The notes under the pieces: model-generated | Databases searched by the model: none | What the model saw: only the letters and a program-made list of their open reading frames with translations | What the model was told of the DNA's origin: nothing | DNA from: Adineta vaga | Lineage: Eukaryota; Animalia; Rotifera | DNA: 64,000 bases | Reading direction: 5' to 3' | NCBI GenBank assembly: GCA_021613535.1 | Contig: CP075495.1 | Span: 11,470,001 to 11,534,000, forward strand | In this document: positions 53,301-64,000 of the stretch, in pieces | Position numbering within the stretch: the stretch's first letter is position 1 | Layout: every line of letters begins with the position of its first letter | Program-made: the position numbers and the translations under genes

Positions 53301-56300
53301 ATCTGACATCAGTATTATTTAAAAGGAAAAAAGAAAAGAAAACTACAAAGTTTTCATTTATTGGATACTATAATCACCAATAGAGTTTAGATGTTGATTT
53401 AAAATAAATATTGTTTTTTTCTCATATTCTATTCTAGCTTGCTGAAGTCGTTAAATTAGGCGCAGCGTCATTGGGTGCAGATGATGGCGAAGCTCAAGTT
53501 ATGCTTATTAATAGTGTTAAAGATGTTGCTTTAGCATTGAATAATTTGATAAATGTCACTAAAACAGCTAGTGGCAAACATATTGATGATCCGGAAATGC
53601 AAAAACTGAAGGAAAGTGCAAAAATAATGGTGACTAATGTAACGTCATTGTTACGCACTGTTAAATCGGTTGAAGATGAAACTCAACGTGGTACTAATGC
53701 ACTTGAAGCAACAATTGAATCAATTGCGCAAGAACTTCGATTATTTAGTAATGGTCAAATACCAACAAATCAAACAACAGCTGAAGAATTAATTCGTGTC
53801 ACTAAACAAGTAAAGGAAAAAACCAAGCATCACACTTGAGATTATTTTGATATGTATATATAACTATATCTCAATTTGGTTTTCTTTTCTTTCATAGATC
53901 ACAATAGCAACAACTAAAGCAGTAGCAGCTGGTCAATCATGTCGACAAGAAGATATTATAGCTGCTGCTAATTTAGGTCGTAAATGTGCCTCAGATTTTC
54001 TATTTGTTTGTAAATCAAGTGCCTATATCAATGGTGATAAAGCATTACAACAACGTACATTAGATAGTGGACGAGCATGTATTAAATCGTATAAAGAATT
54101 ATTAGAAACTATACATATCTTAATACAAAAACCATCGAATGAAACTAAACAGAAATTACTTAACTATTCACGAATGATTGCACAATCAACGCAGGAACTT
54201 GTTCAATGTGCTAAACAATTAAAAGGTAAAAGAAAAACTAAAGAAGATAAAATACTGACCTCTCTCGCTATCTCATTGAAAATAGGTGCCGATCTAATTG
54301 ATCCTGATGATCCGACATATATTGCTGAAAATGAATTATTCAATGCTGCTCAATCAATTGAATCAGCAGCGAAGAAATTATCTGTTCTTAAACCACGTCG
54401 AAAACTTAAAGTAAATATTACACAAAACGAAATTCGATTTCTTTCGATACGAAAGGAAAACAAAGATTTGTTGTCCTGATATGTTTGATATTTGGTTGTT
54501 TGATATACAATTCAACTGAGTATTGCTCATATCAGCATAATTCATCTAACTTACTCATATATGCATATATTATTGTTTTTTCTTCTTTCTTCTAGAAAAT
54601 ATTTCAGCATTAGTATTACTTAGTCAGTCTGGTATGAAACTTATTTCACGACAGACAACATTGTATCTATCTGCATATCAATGTATAGATATCGTTTGAA
54701 CTTTATCGAATTTAGTAAATAGCTCATGTAATCAAGGTTACGCTATGAAGAAGACGAAAATGTTTATATACTTTGTCTTTGTTCATCACCGCAACCTTGA
54801 TCACATGAGCTATTAACTTTTTTCGTAAAGATTTTATCTACATTGACGTATGCATATCTATATAAATGTTTGGCTGTCATGAAATAAGTTTCAAATCATG
54901 CTGATGGATTTCGTCGATTATTTATTGGAATATTTTGTGGTTTTGATTTCAAATCATAATCTTGTTGTTTTTGTCTTCTTTAAATGTAGGAAGTAGATGA
55001 TAATTTAAATTTTGATGAACAAATTCTTGAAGCAGCTAAATCAATTATGAATGCAGCTGGTGCATTAATTAGTGCAGCAACATCAGCACAAAAAGAAATT
55101 GTATCAAAAGTAAAAGTAAGTTCAACGAATTAGATTTTGTATGTGTTCTGTATGAACAGATAGACATTGAATAGAGATAGAATTTTGAATGCGAGCAAAG
55201 AGAAAATGAACGAACAAAATAGTAATGACAAATCTTTTAGACACGCACGAATCCGTTTTTACCTAAAAACGTATTCGCAGCATCTACTATCAATAAAGGC
55301 ACTTCGCCTGCACAGGTATCACACTAATTATTCTATGTATATCTATCTATCTATATTTATGTTGTACGCCTAGTCATATGTAACTGTCTAGAATTTCTCT
55401 TGCACGTAGATCGTATACGCTTATTATTTTGCTTCTTGTATACTAATGTAAATGATTCTGTAGCATAAAAACATATATGTATGTTGATGGGTCTATATGA
55501 TATTTATATGGAGCGGATCACTTTTTTAGTAAACTTATATTCTTATAAGTTTTTCCTCTATCTGTTGGAGTCGTTTTAAACGATACAATCGTAGTTCTGA
55601 AATTGTTTTATAAAACCAAAAGATTTTAATTTTCAAGACGATTAAATTGTAATTTAGTGAAAATGGAACATTTGTAGAATAGTTTATATTAATTTTGTGA
55701 TTCTATTCGATAGATTTACGAATAAAAGTTCGTTCAACTTGCTTTTATCAATGTCATGTTTGAAGAACAAACGTGTTTTTATGATTATCGTATTAAAATC
55801 TTAGTATGATTCTTTTATATGATCTACGAACTATAAGAATCAGTACGTCGATGAGGTATATGAGCGTTGAAAAACAAGTCTAAATCGCCTCATCATTCAA
55901 ATGCTTTCGCTCATGTCGCTTCTGCTTCTACATAGTTGACTACTAACATTTTGACTAACAAAGTGCACGTGTAATAACTAATAGTTCATTTCTCTCGCTA
56001 TCTCTCTGTTATCTGAATATAAATTAATATTATCCTATTCTAGCTTGGATCGAAATCTGGTACTGAAGAAGATGGTCAATGGTCTCAAGGATTAATATCC
56101 GCTGTATGTATTTTTTCCTTGATAATTATTTGTACTGAACTTGTTTTACTTTAGGCACGATATGTCGCATCCGCGTGTCATGTTTTATGTGATGCGGCCA
56201 ATGGACTTGTTCAAGGTTATGGTACTGAAGAAAAATTAATCTCAAGTGCAAAACAAGTTAGTTCAAATACAGCTGCATTACTTGTCGCATGTAAAGTTAA

Positions 56301-56589
56301 AGCTGATTTTATGAGTCAATCTATGGCACGTTTACAAACAGCCGGTAATGCTGTTAAACGTGCTGCTGATGCTCTTGTACGTTCTGCTCAACATGCTGTT
56401 GAAATGCAACAAGAAGATAGATATTTCGAAGTATCATTGCGTGTTGTACCGGGTATTGCTCAAGAAATTAAATGTAAAGAAGCAATATTGACAAAAGAAC
56501 GAGAATTAGATGAAGCACGAAATCGTCTGAAAGCAGTACGTTTAGCTAAATATGGTCATAATGAACATGATTCCTATGAAAGTACATAA
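44384..56589 (+). CDS. TLN: Talin (FERM head, helical-bundle rod, I/LWEQ actin-binding domain)
   Basis: LRRKYFFSDTNIDQSDPVQLNLLY, SLRTYGVTFFLVKEKMSGKNKLVPRLLG, ISQLIAGYIDIILKK, DTTILFATAGTLN..FADHREAILKTAKALVEDTKTLV and EDGQWSQGLISAAR..LLVACKVKAD. Many short introns. Confidence 0.98.
54596..54937. repeat. Long imperfect inverted repeat (fold-back) inside talin intron 54411-54989
   Basis: Core arms aatagctcatgtaatcaaggttacg (54718-) and cgcaaccttgatcacatgagctatt (-54814). Outer arms tcaatgta/tacattga, tgcata/tatgca, tgaaacttatttcacgacag/ctgtcatgaaataagtttca and aaaatatt/aatatttt. Confidence 0.88.
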
Positions 56590-56929
56590 ATACAATTTAT
56601 TGCGATGATGTCGATATTAGTGCAATTATCAATACAAAAAAGAAAACAATAAAATTGAATGTTTTTTGACTTTTTTTTTGTACAAATATAAAATTCAACA
56701 TATTCTCATGCTAGTTTTAGTAAGGTTTTTCCTCTTTTTATTTGTTTTTCTTTTGCTCTGCATGCTCGCGTGCGTGTGTGTATTTTACAAAAAAAACAAA
56801 ACAAGAAAGAAACATATTAATAGAAAAAATATGACTTCTTTTTCTTCTTTCCTTAAATCGAATAATTTGTATGCGATCTTTTATTTGTTTGGGATGATAT
56901 AAACAGTTTAAAAATAATTTGCTGAAATA

Positions 56930-58192
56930 ATGGTTCCATGGCGACAATCGGCTTCATTGATTTTGCTTGGAAGTAAACAAGCAAATATAAATAATGCCAA
57001 AAGTTTTTTTGATTATGCAACTTTATTATTGAAACGATCACCAAATATGCGATTTGCTCCAGATATTTCGGCGTAAGAATAAGAATTCAAAGATTATCAA
57101 AGAAGAGAAGACTATCCATTCGACAATAGAGATAGTCTTGATGTAATAATTGAAATCTATGTCATTATTTATTGCAGTTTTCCTGGTGGTAAACTTGATC
57201 CATGTGATCTATCATTGGAGTGGCCGAAATATTTTTCATCTCTTTGTGATATCAATCGATTTTCTAAGAAAAAAGCTGATATTTATAAAGATATTGATCA
57301 TCCATATCCTGGTCTAGTTTTTCGTCTATGTGCCATTCGTGAAACATTCGAAGAAACTGGTCTTTTACTTGCTAAATCGCATACATCAACTAGTTCGCAG
57401 TAAGACAATCTACATATAAACCTAAATGTTAACATCAATCCCATTTTATAATCAGATACTCGACAGTAGCACAATTATCCAACAATATGATAACTGAATG
57501 GCGTGAAAAAATTCGTCATGATGCATCACAATTTTTGATCATGTGTAAAGCATTACAAGTTACACCAGATGTTCATTCATTGTATGAATGGACTCAATAT
57601 TTAGCTGCTTCCATTGCAAAAGTTCGGTTCGATACAATATTCTATACTGCAGCATTATCAAATCCATATTCCTGTTCGATTACTCATGATGACGAGGAAA
57701 CAGTTTCAGCTGAAGTACGATGAATAAAATTTAAGATAAAATTTAAATCGATTCTTGTAGTGGTTAGAACCTGATACAGCTATGAATCGTTATCATCAAG
57801 GTTCTGTTAATCTCTTACCACCACAAATATTTGAATTAGCACGTCTAGCTAATTTTCGGAAATTATCAGATTTAATCGAATTTTTAATTCAACGTGATAA
57901 CAATGCAGACTATTGTACTGAACGATTGTTAGGTGTTTGTTATAAATTGCCGGAAGCAACATTATTAGTTATGCCAGGTGATGATCATTATCCATCGGAT
58001 GCATCATTTACAACACCTATTTTAACTTCAAATCAAACGTTAAAAGATTTTGACAGTAATAGGCAAAATCGATTAGTTATGATGCATAAAAATGATAATC
58101 GAAAATGGCAAGTTCATTATAAAAATAACGATGACAGTCAAAACCATGATCTACATATTCAACCATTGAAGGATGGATGGGAACAATCTTAA
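56930..58192 (+). CDS. NUDT19: Nudix hydrolase, NUDT19-like (acyl-CoA diphosphatase family)
   Basis: WRQSASLIL, LLLKRSPNMRFAP...FPGGKLD, CAIRETFEETGLLL (Nudix box), RFDTIFY and LLPPQIFELARL. Confidence 0.88.
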
Positions 58193-58267
58193 GATAGTTC
58201 GTTAGAAGGCATCTTTTTTTTATTTAGTATATAACAATAAAATAGATTCTTAAAATAAAACTGAAGT

Positions 58268-59700
58268 TTATACACGCGTTCTATTGAGACCTGGTGGAGT
58301 TGATATACCTGAAGTTGTAGTCGATTGTTTTTGTCGCTGTTGTTGTTGTTGTTGTTGTTGATGAGGTATTGATATTTTCATAATAGGCGCACTTTGATGT
58401 TTATTGTCTATACGTCGAGATATTTCGGTTCGTAAAGGTGAATTGTTTCGACTACCATTATTACGTTGTTGCGCTTGTTGTTGTGGTTGTTTTGAATGAG
58501 AATGACTTGCTCGAATTTTTGATGATCTTATTTCATTATCAACAAGTATTTGTTGTTCTCCATGTTGAGATTGTGTATGACGATTACTTCTCGTTTTAGT
58601 AACTCTCGTTTCACTATCATTAAAATTTGATTGTTCTGGATGTTGTGCTTGTTTATTTGCTATGATTGTTGTCGTGTTAGCTGGACGATTTGAACCAGAC
58701 AATTTTGCTTGTAAACGTTCAAAAGATTTATTCGGTTTTATCGTAGGTTTTGAAGATACAATTTCATTAGTGTCCGGATGTTTATGTTGATGGTGCGCAT
58801 GAGAACGTGTTCGATGATTAATGGTTGTTGCAACAGACATGTCAGGAGTAGTTTTTTCTACACTTTTATGATGTCTTCGATGTGTTGTTGTTTGACCACG
58901 TTCAGCTAATGTTGCCTTATGATCAATACCAACATAGATGGGTTTTTGTACGGTTACTTGATTGGTAGATGAATTAGATGCGGGCATAGCTGATCGATTT
59001 AAATTTTGTCGATTAGATATTTGTTCTTGTCTTGCTGATAAAGTAGAAATATCAATATTTGTTGGACTTGATTCATGCCAAGATTGAGTATTAGTTAAAG
59101 GATTTTTAGAAAAGATTTGCTGTTGTTGTTGTTGTTGTTGTTGCATTGCTCGAGCGAATTGAACTTTTTTTGATAGACGTTCTTCTGCAAGAATTTGTTG
59201 AGTTTGATTATTTATTGTTGTTGATATTTGTGTAGGCATATAATTATTAATATCATAGTTGATACTCGATGTAGCTGCTATTGGAAGTGTATTACCTTGA
59301 TAAAAATGATTTGTTAAATCCTGAGGTGATGACCATGTTCGTTCTCGACCATCATTTTGTGTCATAGAATAATTTGTAGCAAAGGTACTTGGAGCACCGG
59401 GTGGATCAACTAAAATGAAGATATATGTATTATAATTGATTAGATTCAATAATGATTTATAGAAATCTTACCATTGAAATTTTGTAAATCGTGTTGATCA
59501 ATTCTTTGATTCCATTTCTCAAAGGATTCATTTAAATTATCAACAGAATTTTTACGCTCTTGAATATTTTGAAGAAGAAACTTATCATTTTGAATTGGTT
59601 CTTCAAGTTTTTCTGCATTTTTTCGTTTTCCTTTTTTCCATTTCGATTTTGAACCTTCTGATCGACCTGACGACGACGATCGACTTAGTCTACTTCCCAT
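58268..59700 (-). CDS. Uncharacterised low-complexity (Q/S/T/H-rich) protein with a probable N-myristoylation signal and polybasic patch
   Basis: Two exons. It starts MGSRLSRS followed by KSKWKKGKRK, and has a long open second exon with polyQ tracts. Confidence 0.75.
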
Positions 59701-60174
59701 CGTATATGTCCTTAACTTTGTAAAATATCAAATTGACGAATAAAGGTTTCGATTATCGAATCTATGAATGACAACTATTTATCAGGTATTCACCTGTATA
59801 GCTACCTTTTTTTCCTTTGATAAATTGAGGAAGCGATGATCAACGTTTTCTCTATCATTTAATACTCATTTCAATCAAAAGACGTGCGTAATAATGAAAA
59901 AAAAACCGACGAAAAAACTTTTTTACGTCAAGATATATATATATTCACCTAACAAACCGTTCCGCATTAATGAATGTATGAAATAATGGCATATATTAAT
60001 GTGCATAGAAACGTGAAAATAAGAGAGGACAAGAAAAAAAAGAACCGAATAGTCATTCACTGATTTATTTTATTTAGATTTTTTTTTCAAATATAACGAT
60101 TTAAATACCTGACAAGTAAAAGGATAGAAAGAGAGAATATTTTGTCACATAGAAACAATTAATGGAATAGATAT

Positions 60175-60980
<806 letters not shown>

Positions 60981-62042
60981 TGAAAAGATTGGGAATACTT
61001 AATTGCTTCTGGAATAAAAAGAATTTTGACTAGAACAATTCAAGACTTGTAGCGCATCATCTATCAAATTGCCATGTTGTCAAGTTTATGTCCTCTCATG
61101 ATATTATAAAACTTCATTGAAATTTGTTTGAATTCAATTTACTCAAATTTTGTATTCAAAGTATAATATATCGTAAATAAATAGTATTGTTTTTATGTAT
61201 GAAAGATGGCAGTAGAAGACAGCAGAAAATATTAACATAAATTCTAATACTTTCATATCGTCTGTATAACAATTGTGACGATAGCTATAGCGACATTCCT
61301 CATCGAAATTCATTCTTTGATCAAGTCTATTTTCGATATTTTCAAAATAGTCAAATTCAACTGCATATATTTCCTCTCGTTCTATATTACAAGTAGAATA
61401 ACAACAAACATTGTATTCTTTTAGTGTATACTTTCATGCAAACACAACACGTGCATTTCAAAAGCATGACCATTCTTTTGGTTTTGATCAATATATGCAT
61501 ATATGACTAGTTGATCATTGTATTTATCTTTTTTCTTTTGCGTTCGTCTTTCTTTTTTTGCTTGATATGATTTGCTAAAACGCATTATCAACTTTTTACG
61601 ATGAATAATAATAATTTGATTGAAGCGCATAAAATAACCCTGACTTTTATATAGACGGTAAGTAATAGTATATTTTTCCTCAAAATAGTCAAATTTCTAT
61701 CGTCACGCGCTAGTTGATTGCCATTCGATATTGAAAGAGAAAACATCGAGAAAAACTAAAAAAGAATAATATACATCATTACTTGATAAAAACGAAAGTT
61801 TTCCAAAGTTACAAAACATAACTGAAAACAAAAAAGTTTTAATAAAAGTACAAGATTATTATTTTGAATTATGATGTATTTCACAATCAACAAGAAATAG
61901 AATTTAATCACTTCGATGCGTTTATAAAATAATATTTAAACGAACAGGTAGAGAAACTAGAAACAAATATAAATATTCATTTAGAATAAATAGATCTTAA
62001 AAAATTCATGTCTTTTTAGATAGTATAATTTTCAATTCGAAA

Positions 62043-63329
62043 ATGCAACGTTTTCATCGACTTGGTAGTGTAGGTATGGCATTGATCATTTCAGCATTCA
62101 CTTTTCATCTTGTTGCCATCTCACTTGATCGTTGGACATCGGCAACATGCAAAACATGTCCAATCGCTTATGAATTTCGAGAATGGAGAACATCTATTCG
62201 TGAACGATGCTATCGAACATCAATGCTAAATTTTCTCAAACTTTCCAACGATAGTGAAGAAATCAAAGATGATCCATTCACAACATACGTTTGTATATCA
62301 AATAAATATTTACGTGCAAAAGATTCAGCTAATAATGGACAATGTATAGGAAGTACACAAATTGATCCTCAAAATGCATGTACAAGTGGCCAATATAATT
62401 CCGATTTATGTGAATGCACGTAAGTTGAAAACATGAATATCTTTTGTTCTGTAAGTTTACTTCTATCAAGTTCTAAAAGAAATTTACAGAACTCAACTAG
62501 ATTTATTTATACTGTCGACATATATGAGTAAAAATGACTGTCAATTTTTAAATATTTTAAAAAGAAATCGATTGAAATACTTTCTCACGCTATATTATTG
62601 TACAAAGTAAATAAGCATATAGATACAATGTTTCTATTGAACTTCAAGAAAATATTGTTATGATATACATCAAGTTTTATGTTGAAAATGATTATAGTAT
62701 AAAACATATATTTTCAACTTTGAGATGATATCATCAATATTGTCGTATTTGCGATATACTAATAGAATATGATTTTCTTTTAGGTATTCGAAAAGTACCA
62801 AAGCTGTCATTGGTTTAGCTATCGTCTCTAGTTTTGCACTTGGTATTATGGTTATTGTATCGCATTTCGGAAGTTATATTCAATATGATTTTATTCTAAA
62901 ATGGCTTATACCTGGTGGATTTTTTGCATTAGTGACAGGATTCGGTGCTATTTTTATTATTCTGATTATGATGGGTAGCGGTAAATATGAAGATGTCGAT
63001 GAAATTGTAAATTGGAGAACATTAGAAGCCACAAAATGTAAGTAATAAATTTCATTGAGAATTGTTCAATTTTTGAAGATATTCATGTATTATTTCAATA
63101 AATTAAATTCGCAAATACAATTACTAAATGCATATTTGATTTGTATTTCATAGATCCAAATATAAGTGCGATCAATAACACGAATTTATTAAATGAATTG
63201 TATCGAAACAATTTTGATGTCAATTTGGGTATATCGTTTGGTATGGAAATTATTGCTGGACATTTTACACTGATGTCTGCAATTATCTATGCGTTAATGT
63301 TTATTGCTAAGAAACGTCCTGATGCATAA
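62043..63329 (+). CDS. Claudin/PMP22-like four-TM membrane protein with a large Cys-rich first loop
   Basis: N-terminal TM ending in LDRW, Cys-rich loop, two further TMs, then LGISFGMEIIAG preceding TM4. Three exons. Confidence 0.7.
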
Positions 63330-64000
63330 ACTAAGCTGATCACTTCTTTTCTTCTTGAATAAATAAATCTACGAAGCAATCAGTTTTTTTTCTGTTCAAT
63401 TTATGTCGTGAATAAAATGAAAAGTGTTTCCTAAAACGAAAAAAGAAGAGAAGTTGTTTTTTTTTCTCGAGTATTGCATAAGTTATTAGAATGATGTCAA
63501 TACTAGAGATATGTCTTCGAAGTATGTGAGCGAAGGTAAGACATATGATAATACTTTCACATTCACATTTATCTTGAAGAGAAAACACGTGCTTTAATTG
63601 TATTCACTAGGTTTATAGAAAAAATTTTGATAGACTTCCCTCAAGTACATACATATCGTAAGATATGTTTCAAACAATGGATATACATGAATGAGAGATA
63701 AATCAATGAAAGTCAAATAAACAATAGGAGATATTATTTGTTTGACAGAGAGGATCAATTCTTTTATTGACTCTTGTAAAACTTCAACTTTAACTTTTAT
63801 TTCTTCTCATATTACAATTGAAACGTCGAAATATGAATTGAAAGTTAATTAGTAACCTTATACAATATTGACGATATCTTTTTTCGTTTGATAAACGAGG
63901 AAAATAACAATTTTACTAATTAATACATACATTCTAGATGAATTAGAAAGCGTTATGTTTGAGAAAGACCAAGATAATCATTTTTACAATTGATTTGTAC

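Overview
Eukaryotic, very AT-rich and gene-dense window with many short (about 45-65 nt) spliceosomal introns. The gene content and intron style suggest a small invertebrate, most likely a bdelloid rotifer (inference). I find 19 intron-containing protein-coding genes: CSL/Su(H) (5'-truncated), ARID4, an orphan tail-anchored protein, LONRF, an ARAP-like ArfGAP/RhoGAP, ZC3H13-like, CEP15/C3orf14-like, an AMPA/kainate-type glutamate receptor, a THEG-like repeat protein, a rhodopsin-type GPCR, an SLC7 transporter, vasohibin, a Shisa-like protein, a small TM+PPxY gene missing from the ORF track, talin, NUDT19-like, a myristoylated low-complexity orphan, centrin and a claudin-like protein. I recognised no rRNA, tRNA, CRISPR or autonomous transposon. 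Most notable: (i) several of the long introns, in unrelated genes, fold back into nested imperfect hairpins, the clearest being a ~340-bp palindrome in a talin intron; (ii) the glutamate receptor has a genomically encoded Arg at the Q/R site; (iii) a 77-aa four-exon membrane microprotein sits next to a Shisa-like gene; (iv) the ArfGAP domain lacks its catalytic Arg; (v) several 1-nt frame or splice anomalies are probably assembly indels. All family calls come from motif recognition by eye, and CDS coordinates span introns.
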